Origin: Daphnia carinata
Lineage: Eukaryota
NCBI RefSeq assembly: GCF_022539665.2
Contig: NC_081331.1
Location: 2,976,001 to 3,040,000 of the forward strand
Direction of reading: 5' to 3'
Length of the DNA stretch: 64,000 nucleotides
In this document: piece after piece, positions 15,501 through 29,200 of the stretch
Layout: each line of letters begins with the position of its first letter
How positions within the stretch are numbered: the stretch's first letter is position 1
Program-made: the position numbers and the translations under genes
Notes under the pieces: generated by a model
What the model was told of the DNA's origin: nothing
The model's input: only the letters and a program-made list of their open reading frames with translations
Database searches by the model: none

Positions 15501-18500
15501 GACATGCAAAGGCCAATTTTTTCACCATAACTTATGCGCGTGCAGCCATCGCCGAACCCTCCATGCCGCGATCTACTTTTTTTTTGTGTGAGTTTAAAAT
15601 TTAATACGAAGCAACTGCGCACAACAAAATCGACAAGTTATTTTTTTTTACTGCTTCAATGGTAACGGGAAAAATCAAGAAACAGCAGTAGACTCGGAAG
15701 ATGAAATGGGGGAGGTGAAAGAGCTTCCGTTCTGAAACCTTTCAAAAATCTAAAAATTTGACGCTAATCACATCTAAAGGAACACACGTTATTTTTAATG
15801 CTCCTAAGAAAAACGGAAAATAAGACGAAAAAAAAAAGCTTATCTCTTTCCTACCCCCAAAAATGGTCTCCCTTTCTTTCAAGTGTCTACAATTTTATTT
15901 ACTTTACATAGGAAAAAGGGATAGAAAAACTGGTGGTGTTTCATTTCTTCTATCGGCTCGAGCCGGCCGATATCGCTAGCGATATCGGGTGTGATGGAAG
16001 AGGTAGGCTTTGCTTCCCTGTGTCTAAGACAAATATAAAAACAAAGAGAAAACCAGAGAAAAAAAGAAAATAGAGAGAGAGATAACGAGAAAAGGGTCAA
16101 TCGATCTAGTGGCTACCCTCTCGTGCACGTCCGCCTACCCACTCGAAGAAAATTTTTGGAAAACAACCATGAGAAGAGAAAATAAGCTCAAAAAGGGAGA
16201 AGAACTAAAATTAAGAAAACCAAAAAGAAAACAAAAGAAGTGAAGCGTGAATAATGCAGCGTGAAGTGTTTTTTTCTTTTTTTCTTGTGGTTTGGGAAAG
16301 ACTTGTGTACTGTACATCTGTGTGGAACTTTTCGGAGCATAGATATTTTCTACCCCGCCGCTACAGCAATCGATTTAAATGGGGAAAAGAAAAAAAGAAA
16401 AAGTAGTCGTTCGGGTAGAGCTCTCGCGGGACTATTCTACATCGATGGTGTGCTGTGTCGGGAACATTCTCACATCCATCAAGTTAGGAGAGACGGAGCA
16501 ACAACAACAACAAAAAAAAAGCCCTTAAACAACTTTTGAAACAAAACAAAAAAAGTCCCCCCCCCTCCGTACGTGAACGAACGATGGAAAAAATGTACAT
16601 AAAATGCTGAACGATTCCCCTTTTTCGGTAAAGATAAAAAGGTGTCCATGTCACGTATTTTCAAATACATACAGCATATTTTTTTTCTCTCTCTTCTCTC
16701 CTTTTTCAAATTTTATTTTAAGGATCTCCCGTGACGCAGCCGCGCCACGACCACCCGACGTTTTTCGGAGCTGCCCGGCGGGACTGCGCATATGGAACCC
16801 CAACAAACAAGCGTGATGAATGCATAGAGAGAGAGGCAATAGCGCACCGACTGCGATCGGATCACACTGCCTCGCTGTTCTATTTTTATTTTGTTTTTCT
16901 CGTTTGATTTTCTCTGTTTTTTGTTTTTTTTCGAGTTCCTTTTCAAAGGCCACCGTGGCTTACGCTGCGATCGTCAGCTGGCGTTGCGGTTCCGGCCCCC
17001 TTCCAGCAACAACGTCAATAAAAATTTCACGACCGGATGTTAATCATCGATTAGAATCCTCGAAAAAAAAAGGTTAAAGATACGCACGTAGGAAATGAGA
17101 GTATCCGCATGTACGAAAAAGAAAAAAAAAAAAGACGAATCGTGGTCGAAATGGCAAATAGAAATGCGAAAGAAATCCCTGGTGACGACCTGGAAATAGT
17201 TTTTTGGTATAGAGTAATCAGGTTGTCGGGTGACTTTCTCTATGCGGCATCGAATAACAAGAACACAAAGCCCAAGAAAAGCCAAGGATTTAAAAAAAAA
17301 AAAATAATCAAAATGAGAAAGAATAATAGCATCTCGCGTTCCTTTTAGCTAGTCTTGAAAAAGTCATCATCATTAGGGCCGGGACAGGTCGATCGGGAAT
17401 ACATTTCACCGTCAAAAGCTCTTTCTCATTTTCAGAAAAGCTCCAATGTAAATACAAAACAAATCACGACTACATTAATAGAGAACAAACAAAAAATGTT
17501 CGCCGTGTTTACATGTTCCATCCTGCCTTTATACGTACTTGATCATGTACAATCTACGCTTTTTATCGGGAAAAACCGCGCCTATTTTTTTCAATAGTAC
17601 TCGGAGTCACGTCGTGTGGCAAGGATAAAATTCAATTGCGAACGAAGCAAGAAGAGAATTGAAGAAGAGGGAGAACAAAGCGGCTTAACTGCGTGAGCTG
17701 TGTGCTTGTATAGTACATCGGATGACTCTGTCTTGCCCGGTTTAGGTTATCTTACTCCTTCAGCTTGTGGACTTTTCATCGTCCTCCTCTCCGTGCCCGT
17801 CTTCATCGATCAGCGTTTCCTCTCTCTCTCCATGTCGCCCGGTTCATGCGCACGTCCCGAAAGACTTAGTACTCCCGCCAAATCGTGAGTATTTCACGAC
17901 GAGACAGAGTGAGAACGCCAGAACGGGTTGAAGGAATCAATCAATAACAACCGTGAGAGGCTCCTTCTTGCAGCTCCACCTTTTTTTGTCCCACTCCGCT
18001 TGCCTATCTTATCCCAGCGTATGTTTGACAAGGAGTTTTCGCCAATACAAGAAAAACATCCACAACAAGCAACAACTCTTGGCAGAGGCGGGCAGATCGA
18101 AATAGCACTGTTTCCCATGCTAACATCTGTAGGGTTTCCATACGATGATGTTTAAAGGTCGCAGGTTAAAACTCGCTAAACGTTTAGATTGGAGAACTGT
18201 TCGTTTTTCGTGTACATCTTGAGGGGGAAAACGTTTCAAAGGGCCACCGCACGACACCAACGCAAAATCTTTTGGGGTACCCTGTTTTCCCATTTCTTCT
18301 TCCTACACCCATGAACTTGTAATTGACTCCTGTGACGGGCACTTTTTTGATCAGGCACACGATTATAATTCTTAAGAGCCGTCACGGCGAACGAAAAAAG
18401 TTGAGTCATGCAGAGATGAGACACGGTGAAAGCGAAATCTGATTTTTTTCGCACACGATATTAAAGAAAATAAAATGAAACATTTGAATATTTACCCGAG

Positions 18501-18628
18501 AGTTTGGGAGAGTTGTTCGGATGCAGCTGGATCACGTGAGGAGCAGAGTAGATATTATTGAGCGTCCGCAGTGGTCGTGCAAGACTACTCGCTGGCAGGA
18601 CGTTGGACGCATGCGTCGTCGACATCAT
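12554..18628 (-). CDS. FAM110: FAM110-like protein (exons 18628-18496, 14658-13331, 13258-12856, 12792-12554), about 700 aa
   Basis: N-terminal ARPLRTLN...KRKTAVELLEESKAFYVKTERVLDRKQE resembles FAM110 PLRILN...SAVERLEADKAKYVKS. C-terminal DLDQFF and SIVERNARIIKWL match FAM110_C. Splice phases are compatible (2103 nt). The start could be the upstream ATG at 18733. Confidence 0.85.
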
Positions 18629-20343
18629 CACGGGGGCGTGTAGTCTTTTATTTGTTGTTTTGTTGCAATAAATGACTTGATTTTTTCTCTCCTTATTCAA
18701 CTCATCGTCCTCGTCTTCTTTTGGTAGGGTCATTCTTTCCTTTTATGGGGGTACCGTATCTTTTCTCTTTTTTGGCACCTTTCTCGTCCACTTTCTTTCT
18801 ACTAGGGCAACTGCCTTTTACCCGAAATCTTGACTAATAGATCTTGTGTTGTTTAGGAAGGGACGGTTGAGTCTATTGAGAAGCGGTGCGCACGTTTGAT
18901 AAAGTTCTCGCAACTGGTCCGACCGATCGTTGCACCACAGTTGATCCCACCAACGCCATACCGTTGACTCTTGAGGATTGCCAGCAACTCGTTTATTTAG
19001 TCAAGTTTTCTTTTCTTCTATATTTCTTGTGATCCCTAAGCTTCTAGGATCTGGAGCGACCTCGATGGCTTAATCACATCATCCATCCATTTCCGAAAGG
19101 GCAATCCCATCTGTGTGTGAAGCGAGACAAGAAGATTTTTACATGTTCCAGAAGAAATAGGAAACGCCAAAATAAATCTCAATACAATTTAGCTATTGTC
19201 GTACTAGAATTAAGGCAACACGAAACTCTTTTCGGGCAAAAAAAAAGACAACGGTATAATCTAACCCAACAAACACGCTCTTTGTTGTTTTGTTATTTTA
19301 CGTGTCAAGGCAAGGCGTCATCTAGGAATAAAGTGAAAGACAAACACATGATGCTCGTGAAAAAGAGACAACTTTCAAGTTGTATACTTTAATGATGGGA
19401 TCGCGAACTCACGTCACTCAAAACACATCGTCGCACGTCGCAAAAACAAGGGCAAAAAGGCAGTCCATTGGAACTTTTGGCACGCAAACTTCATTAAAAT
19501 CATTAGAAAGCCATGGCCGTGAAGTCACACGTTTCTTTTCACCACAATTAAGTGGAGAGAAAAAAGGGACCAAGTCCAGAAGAAACAAAAACGAAACAGG
19601 ATGAAACAAGCGTTACTACTTAAACGCAGCAACCGTGATGACAATACTCGTAACTTGCATTCGATAATGGCGACATGCACGGCTGATTGTTGCAGGCGTA
19701 CTGTTTTGCTTCGCAGACAAGCGGAGAAATCGCCTCGTATAAATATCACCAAGGACTGGCTACTACAATCTGGTCAAATCTAGACTAATAACAAAAAAGG
19801 GTGGCTCGTCCATAAAATGCTGTTGCTCGGGAGTAGTCACGTAAGGCACGGTATTGCTTACAACTTAAGACAAGGGTGGGATTTTTTCGTTCACTGGAGT
19901 CGAATCATAATGCAATTGAAGTAGCAGTCCATAAACCCTGAAACCTACCAACGAAAAGAGTCGTCACGACAACAAACCAAACAATATTTCTCCGTTGAAA
20001 GGAACAAAAAAGACCCTTTCGACCTTTCAATATACAAAACATCTTATACACTTTGGATGGATAAAGGATCACGCGTCATTAAACCGAGCAGACGACTTGG
20101 GAAGGTTTCCAAATTCATAGTCTTAAAGAAATAACAAACACAAGCCAACGTAAAATAAAAAGAAGATACAAAGAATAAACATCAGCTTACCTGCTTTCGA
20201 CGATGGAACGCGTCACGAATATAATCAGATGAGGGTTGAAAATATCAAAAAGAGGGGATCAAAACAACTAAACGAATTGGTGATACAAAATTTATTTTCC
20301 CCTTTCAGCTGCACTGGCTACCGGTAAACAGGGAAAGCTTTAC

Positions 20344-20346
<3 letters not shown>

Positions 20347-20377
<31 letters not shown>
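20347..20377. repeat. (AG)n microsatellite
   Basis: About 15 uninterrupted AG units. Confidence 0.95.
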
Positions 20378-20380
<3 letters not shown>

Positions 20381-22874
20381 AACTAGTACGACTTACGTAG
20401 CCGGTTAACAACAGTAGACTGCACAGAAAGGTTCGACCACGAGGTCTCTAGTAGTACCTGTGTTGGGCGCCGAGTACGAACAGAAGAAGTAAAAGAGAGA
20501 GAGAAAGAGAAGACTTGAGGATATAATAATATTGAAAAACCTAGCCAGTCAGAAAGAGCGACAGGACGAAAATGAAAAAAAAAAGAACATAAATAAATCA
20601 GAAAAACAAAACAAAAAGAAACGCCGTCCTGGTGGTGGGAAATGGCAACTTTTTTTATTTTTTTCTTTTGCTCGGCCTACTAAGCTCTAGACTGAGACGA
20701 GACGATCTTTTGTTTTGTTTTTGTTTGTTTTTTACCAAGCTTTCCGCAAAAGCTCTTTTCCTAATAAGAGTCTTCCTTTCATATCCAATTGTCTTCAAAT
20801 GGTTTGGTATATTTTTAGCCAAAACCCGCAAAGAAAAAAGTTGCCGATGATGCATCGCTAAAAAGACTACACAGGCCCGGAGGCCACGATTCGATTCCTC
20901 ACAGTCCTGATTCCTGACCTCAAAATGGCACACTCGTGCGAGCATTCATCGTGCGACGTATTAATATGTAATGGCCTCCCCTCCGCCTACCAACGGGTTT
21001 CGTCTTATATTTTATTTTACGGTTGGAATGTTCACGCAATCCGATCAACAGCGTGAATGAAGCAAGGGGGAAAGGTTAATCACTCATTTAAGAGGTACTA
21101 AAGGATATGAAGGAAATTCAAAGAAATTTTTAAAAAGAAAATGAAAATTAATTTGCTTATGGCTGACTAATCGAATAATATGGAATCGTGCACCGTGTAC
21201 GGGAAATCGAGGCACTGCACAGAGGACAGGGAAACATGATTTCAGTAAGACAGTAACGGTTAACTGGTTTTCGAGACCGATCGCTGTGCCAGTAGGGGGG
21301 AAGAGAGGACAAACAATGACTCTCTTCGCTGCTGGATGCAAAAAGCGCAGAGAAACATAACACTGAAGTTTTTCTCTATTTTATTATTATTTTTCTTTTT
21401 TATCTTTGCCCTGTTTGTTGAAGACGACGAGGAAACGAGAAGAGAGCGACGAGAACGATTCGCTGCCTCAGGGTTTTTCTCTGGGTTTCTAATACTAATT
21501 ATCCATCTCTCTCAGTCTAGCTTCTCCCCTCTCTCTCTTTCTCTCTTCTCTGCTTCGTTGTGTTATCACTTCACAACAATCTCTTTCCAGGTTGCTCATT
21601 TACAAACAATTCAATCAAGTGAATAATTCCTCAAAAAGAAAAAGAAGTTGAGATGAGAAGAGGCCTCTGTTCACACAGCAGCCGCCATCTTAACAGTCAC
21701 CCTTAAAAAAGTAGGTCTAGAGTCTCATTATCAGAGCGATATATAGAGGCTTCAAATCTTTTGTCACTTCATCTCTTGACTTAGACTTGTTGCATTTACT
21801 TTAGACATTAGGCGAGAACAATGGCCAAGCGAATATATTCGCGCTTCACGAGTCGTTTGTCGAGTCAAACCGTGCGATAGTTTTTCGCCATTTTGTTGTC
21901 TTCAACAGGTGGGCAGGTAACCGTGACATTTTTTTGTTGTCGTTTTCATTTACTAGTAAAACAGACTATTGCCCGCGTACCTTACACACTCGCATTTCTT
22001 GGAGCCACCGTGGTTTTTACGCAACATCAGGCAGCATCGGTAGCGGTATATTGCGTGACGGATATTAGTATAAAGACCTTTTCAACGAAGACTAAAATTA
22101 CTCTGCATTATAATGCATTGCTCTCTACTTGAAAAGGAAACGTTAGGCTTCAATGGCGTGTGTCTCCGAACGACCCAGACCACAATTAATGCGAAAAGAG
22201 AAACCCAGGTTTCGCGCTCGTGCTACGTGTATAGGAGCAACGGCTAAACAGGTGTAGTTTCGAGAAAACCAAAAAGAATTTTTTTAAATGCTCGCTCGAC
22301 AATAACGGCATATTATCAAAGGACTTAATAATCCTGTTTCAACTCAGAAATCACGTTATAATCTAAAATGGTAGATTGACCCGGGTTGACCGTATGTCGT
22401 GGACGCACGAGTAATATCAACGTGAAATTGTCATCAGCTACTTCCAAATAGGACAAAGCTGCTAGGAAGCAAAACTTGTTTTTGGTTCTCTTTCTCTTCA
22501 TTATGAAGTTCATGCGTCAGCTTCATTTATGGTCATCGGACCGTTCGATTTTCAACTAAACATGAAAACCGGCTTTATTATTGACCACACGCTTCGCGTA
22601 AAAAAACGGATGTCCGGTTGACCGACCTGTTCAACACTTCCCATCATAGTCGTATTGGAGGAAACACCGAATCCGCTTCGGACAAGCCCACTATATATTG
22701 AAAAAAAAAGAACCACTCCTAAATGAATGCTCTCTTAATAATTAGAAAAAATTCGAAATTTTGTATTGAAACGTTTTTTTTTACAAGTCCGATTAGAATT
22801 GACATGAAAATAAAAAAAAAAATGCAAATGTGAGGTACCGTGGCAATTTTGAAATGACTTCAGGTCGATAAGCG

Positions 22875-23675
22875 TCAACTATCACTTGTGCTGGCATTTG
22901 TGGCATCTTCATTTGGTTCCTCTTCCTCTGGACTGCCCAAAAGACCCTATAAAGTTAGAAAGGGAATAGCAAAGCATACAGAATGATTTTTTTTGCAACT
23001 GATTACCTTTAAAACACCAGCTAAATATTCAGCTTCATCAGCTAATGGTTTGAGCACACTGTTTTCAGTTTTAAGGGTATTCACCTCACTTTTGAGGCTA
23101 TCAAGTTCAAGATGTAGTTGTTCATTTTCCTCTAATGCTTCAGCAAGAGCAACTCTTCTTCGTTCAGCCATAGTGCTGTAATATTCAACATCAATGTCAG
23201 CTGGAAAAAAGACAACTGATTGTATTGTTGATTTAGAATCAATTTCATAAAATGAAATACCACTGTTTGTAGATTTAGACCCTTCCAGTACTACTGGATC
23301 AGTTTGGACTCCACGATCTTCCACCATGATCTTCTTTAGTGCAGTATTGCTTGTCTTGTCTTCAAAGACCTGGATCTTGCCCTGAGTTTTCTGTTTTGAT
23401 TTGGAATCCTTACCATGATGAACAATTTGACCATGAGAGCCTACAAGGCCCTTGGTTCTGGCCGATGGCTGCAAGGTTTGCAAAGTAACTCGTTGCGCTG
23501 CAACAATCTATGGAAGAAAGCAAGTTACTATAACATTTTTCCACCAGAATCCATCTTGCAAGAAAAACTAGAAAGATACCTCATCCATGTTGGAACTTTG
23601 GTCAATTGTTAAGGGTGGGATTCCCTTTGGAAAACTATTCTCTTTAAATGCCAACGAGCTTTGATGCTTGGACAT
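22875..23675 (-). CDS. GMNN: Geminin, 4 exons (23675-23580, 23507-23261, 23200-23007, 22946-22875), 202 aa
   Basis: D-box-like RVTLQTLQPSA and geminin coiled coil YYSTMAERRRVALAEALEENEQLH. Exon sum is 609 nt in frame. Confidence 0.92.
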
Positions 23676-24253
23676 GGAGACTGGAGTTCAATCTGATCGA
23701 TCGTTAGAAATAAGTAACTAACTAGACTCTTACTAATGTGACAGCCTAGGAGCTACAAGGAATAATGGCGCGCGCAAAATCTGTTAGTTGCCATATTTCC
23801 AAAATAATCGATGAACGCGCTAAAGGTTGAACAAATGAAGAACGATGAGCAAGATGCACGAAAATGTCGTAAAGTAATAATTTAAATTATTTTAAATGTT
23901 TATTTGACTAATATGTGTTCATAACTTATGAATTAATCATTCCAAAGTACGAAATGCTCGACCACTACAGTTCGCTACTATATTTGTACTTAAAACAATA
24001 CCGCAAAGAAATTATGGACCTTCATCTTTCTACTTTTGGTAAGTTTCGGAAATATTTTGAAAACCTCTACTGAATCAATGAACACTGGCATTTTTGTATT
24101 CTTAAGCCGATGCAGACATCTTCGATCGCATTTTATTGTTACACAAACAAAAGGAAACTTATAATCGTACGGAATATAACAGCATTATTTGGCATTATAA
24201 AAACAATTTCATTGAGCAGTTTCATTACAAAAATTTTTCTAGCATAAATTAAA

Positions 24254-25784
24254 TTATTTACTATTAAAGAGCGAAAATGATGAACGATCAGGGGGTTTAA
24301 CGTGGCTAAAGCCCATCGGCTTGTTTAGAGAGCCACCAGATAAAGAAGGAGGTTTATTAAAAAAATTATTTAATTTCTGACAGACATCTTCTACTCCTTG
24401 CTGCAGTTCCTCCTTTAACGCTCGAGCAGAATTATGTAGCTGAGCTTGTTGAGGAAAAGCAGGTGAAATATGATGACTTTCCAAACGCGTGCTCACCACA
24501 GGTATTGGCAAAGCGGCTACTGCTGAAGTGGATTTTTGGACACTAGCATGAGAGGTGTTAACGGACAAAGGTTTCGTTATCATGGATTCGCGAATATCAT
24601 AGGCTGATAGGGAAGCAACTTTGACTTCAGTTTTTGTAATAGATGGGACTGACGAGACATCATAACTGTTATTAACGCTTTCTTCTGCACTTCCGCCTAA
24701 CTGCATCGTTAAGTCTGACGATTCGTTAGCTGCATCTTCCGTCTGCGTTTCTGTGTTTTCCGTTTGAACTATATGAACCTGACCTGCAGGTCGAAAGCGA
24801 TGGCGGTAGATTGTTAATAAATCTGCGGGACGCTCCACATTTAATCCAACATCGTCCCAATACTCAAAATCCTTGTTGTAAGTAAATCAAAAACGAAACT
24901 TTAGACTGCCATCTGACATCGCATTTTTTTTGTTTCCAAAAATCATTACCTGATCAGTATTTTCATCTGCAAACGTAATAGATGTTAGCCGATAACCATG
25001 AGTGAGTAAATATTCGTGAACTAGAAAGTTAATGGCTCGTTGCTCATAAGCTTTCATGGGTTCTGGCGTATTCTGATGAGTGACAGGATTATTTTGGCTG
25101 CTTATACTCTCTGTTTCGCTTCGAGTGCTAGCATTTTCAAGCTCAACTTGTTGTGTTAGATTTTCCCTTAGAGCCGTGATGGTTTCCTTAGCTTTCCGTA
25201 GCTCGAATTCTAGAACGGCGACACGATCTCCACCTGCTCGATCACCATCCTCTGATATCGGTTGAAAGTCCAAGGAATCAAGGGTTGTTTGGCTCATGGA
25301 TCTCACTTAAAATCAGCATATATCATGATTTAGTTTAAAAATACAAAATAAAGTAAAGAAAAATAAAAACTGGGTCTTTACCAAGCATTCCAGAGGCTTT
25401 TGCAGATTTTTCAAAATTTCCTGGATTCGAGAAGAACTGCTTAAGGCATACTATTTCATGACCTGCCTCACCCTGTTAATAAGAAAACAGTTGGTTAATA
25501 ATTCACTGGAGGAACAAAATAGTTTGTATACACCGATAAAAAACGAATATGGGTATGTAACTTTACTCAATACCTACCAGTTCAGCATAAAGTTCAAGGG
25601 CTGTTAGTAATAGCCTATCTTCAATTAATTTTGCTCCAAGTTCCTCATAACATTGAATTTTGCTGAAATCAAGCTTTGATTTTAGATGCTCCTTCGTTAA
25701 TAGGAGTGAAGATAATTCATCATTTTGGCTGAATTGTTGCCTGCTGCTCAGTGGCAAGCTTAAATCCAGACTTTTGGTTGACAT
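24254..25784 (-). CDS. RELCH: RELCH/KIAA1468-like LisH and coiled-coil protein, short form (exons 25784-25578, 25472-25382, 25305-24950, 24871-24254), 423 aa
   Basis: LLLTALELYAEL, FFSNPGNFEK, TLDSLDF, VAVLEFELRKAKETITALRENLT and LisH AINFLVHEYLLTHGYRLTSITFADEN-DQDFEYWDDVGLN match the RELCH N-terminus. No HEAT repeats follow. Confidence 0.88.
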
Positions 25785-26201
25785 TTCTCTAAAAAATTCA
25801 ACAAAATTTAGCTAATAATGAAGCTTTAAAATAAAGTACCTAACTTTGTAAGGTGTCATATGACATTTGAAATTCACTTTCTCATGTTACAGCAGAGTAC
25901 ACCATGATAGTGATAAACTCAACAACTAGCTGACGTGCTCTAAGTACGCGAATAAAAAACTTACCTGTCAGCAACTTAAGTTTGACGTGTCGCTACAGAT
26001 ACGAATATAAAATAATAAATATTCGTAATTTTTTTTACAGCAAAACAGTTTCAAAGCCTTATGAAGCACAACAGCTGATGAGACAGAGCTTCATCTCTTT
26101 TGTTCCTACTAAAGCAGACGATTTTGCGCGGCACGCTGTTTACACGCAGCCAACAAAATGATGTAATTTTTCGAAGCCCAGATCCAAATATTATTTTCGC
26201 A

Positions 26202-29200
26202 ATGTTTCGTCTTTATTTCACGGATGTGTTAAGAACATTGAATAATAAAAGTGTGGCTTTTCAGCGGCTTACTCAGTCTAGTCTTAAGTGTTATCAAATA
26301 ACTTTTTGCCATACAGCACCTGCTGAAACACTCGTTCATCACGGAACCCAAGGAACCGGTAATACCGATTCTTTCCCAATTTGTAACAACAGGTAATAGC
26401 AGTTTACATTTAGGGAGAAATTTGCATCCTGTTCAAGCTCGAGCAATCATCAATCAAACATTTGTTTCAGTTTCCCATAAACTGAAACTTCCTTCACTTA
26501 AGCCAGTTTACACCACAATTCCAATTCATGGCAAAGGGAACTCCATGTGGAAGACTGTTTTAACTCTTAGATGGCCAGAAAAGTTAAGGTATTCTATGAG
26601 CTTCTATATGTGACAACAGCATTTCTAGCTTAAAGATTTGTACAACATTCATTTAAAGTTTTGAAGCAATAGGCAGGAATAAAAAAGAGGCAGAAGAACT
26701 TGTTGCCCAACAAGCTTTGACTGTTCTGCATGATTCTAAGATTATTTCACCTAATGGAAAGTTGTTGTGTGAACTAAGCACACATAGAACTCTTCAGTCA
26801 AGAGATAAGGAAACTATTATCAATGATGATCCAGCATTTGATGCTAGTGGCTTGTCTATTAAACAAGAGGGTATTTAGAAAGTTTCATTTGTGATCCCCT
26901 CTGTTTTGAAATTACATAATAGTTGACATTTTTTCATAGAAATAGCAGCGATTGAGGCCAAATTTCCCAATTTCAAATCAACCTTGCTTAATTGCTTTAT
27001 GAAGGTTTCAAATCACATGAAGAACGCCAATTTCATCGCTCGACCAGCTTTCAAACGTATAAAAAAAGGAGCAACCTTCTGCTGGCAAGCAAGCTATAGC
27101 TTGAAATGGCCTGAGCCGAAAGAATTTTCAGGAATGGGGACAAATCGGGTTGAAGCTGAAAAGTGAGAAATCTCGTTAATGAAATTCGAACAGCTAAATT
27201 AACCAAAGATGTTTTTTAGATTGGCGATACTCTCTGCACTTCATTGGTTGACTGAAAATAATTTCTTACACAAAAATGGCTATCCAATTTTATACTCCAA
27301 TGAAGAGGTAATTTTAACTTAAAAGTGCCCAGTCATTCGTATCAATTTGACTTCTGTTTCTTATTCTTCTAGCTCAGTAAAATGAAAAGTGCTGTAACAA
27401 GTCCGGCGATTGTCAAATTACCTCCAGCATTGGTGAATGAGCTTGACGAAATGATGAATGATTTCAAAAAAATGAAGCCATTAATGGCTGAGGATCGAAT
27501 GTTCTTTGAACGCGAAACTGCAGCCGCCAATAGTCTGATTTCAGAAGATGAAAAGATGATAGAGGAGTTTGACGAAGAACGCGACGTTGAAGAATCCTTT
27601 GACAATATACCATCGTCAAGTAATGAATATGGGTACGATAAAAATGATGAATCATCGGTTGATCCAATTACCGGACGTAAAGTCCTACCGCTAAGCTCCA
27701 AGGAGATCGAAAAAAGATGCAATGAGTTATTTCTCAGTGCCCAAACGAGGATAATAGAGAAAGGTGGTCCAATCATTCCTTTTCTACCAATCGTGGAAAA
27801 GCGCGAAGCCATTCTAAACTTAATCGAACAAAATAGGGTTGTTGTGCTTAGTGGTGATACCGGATGTGGCAAGAGTACACAAATGCCCCAGTATTTGCTG
27901 GATTCGTATGCGCTGAAACATCGGGGCACTGAATGTAATATAATCGTTACACAACCCCGTCGGTTGGCTGCTCTTTCGTTAGCCCAAACTGTTGCCAATC
28001 ATCGAGGAGAAAAAGTGAGTTAAAAACATGTAAAAATGTATCTTATATTTATCTTATGTTGATGTTTAGTTGATTTTCTTTGTTCGTTGATTTCTAGATA
28101 GGTGAGAGTGTTGGCTACCAGGTGCGACTGAATTCCGTACTTCCAAGGCATCCACTAGGCCGTATACTATTCTGTTCAACCGGAATTCTTTTACGAAGAC
28201 TTCAAGCGTGTCCAGATATGTCGGGCGTATCCCACCTAATAATCGATGAAGTGCACGAACGCGACTGTTTGACCGATTTTACGCTAGTTATTCTTAAAGA
28301 TCTTTTGCAATCGAACCCCTTATTAAAGGTGAGCATTTTTAGTGCTATATTTGTACTTATTAAAGATAACTGAATAACTATATCTTAGGTCATCCTGATG
28401 AGTGCATCTCTAAATGCGGATCTGCTGTCACGTTATTTTGATTCGGCTCCGCTCATCCACGTTAATGGCAGAACGTTTCCTGTTCAGAGAACGTTTTTAC
28501 CTGAAATCCAAAATCTGACCAGAGTTTTCGGAGAAAGAAGAAATACCACAAATATGAAACCAATGGTTGATCAAGATTTAGTAGTGAAATTGGTTCGTTA
28601 CATCGACATAAACAAACCATCACAAGGTTCCATTTTAGTTTTTCTACCTGGCTGGGCAGAAATTAAAAGCCTTCACTCAAGATTAAAGGTCTGTATTCAA
28701 AGCTTTCTTTTACCTATACAATTGGCTAATTTCGCTTCACAACAGGAATTTTATCCTAGTGAGGAAACTCATTGGATATTACCGGTGCATTCCCGACTTT
28801 CACAGGCTGAGCAAGAGCGAATATTTGATCGCCCACCTGAGGGTGTCCGAAAAATCGTTCTAGCAACCAATATAGCTGAAACTAGTTTGACGGTAAAAAG
28901 TTTATTGTAGTACCCGTGTAGCTTGCCATTGATTTTATTCCAACACATTTTGTCAAATCTTCAAGATTAATGACTGCGTCTACGTGATCGATCCAGGCGT
29001 CCATAAAGAACTAAGGTTTCAAGGAAAATGTAATTTTATTACATTAGTAACAAAATAGAATTTGGTATAGATACAATTCACAACGGGGTTCTGCTGTAAT
29101 GGAGAATCAATGGATAGCAAAAGCTAATGCGCAACAACGAGCTGGACGTGCCGGGCGTGTTCAGCCAGGAGAAGCATTCCATCTCTACTCCGAAGAGAAA

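Noticed and set aside
23766..23780. E2F-like GGCGCGCGCAAAA upstream of geminin
   Set aside because: Biologically plausible, but an imperfect match to TTTSSCGC that cannot be supported from sequence alone.
27369..27998. 209-aa antisense ORF within DHX30, and similar shadow ORFs over other exons
   Set aside because: Antisense shadows of real coding exons.
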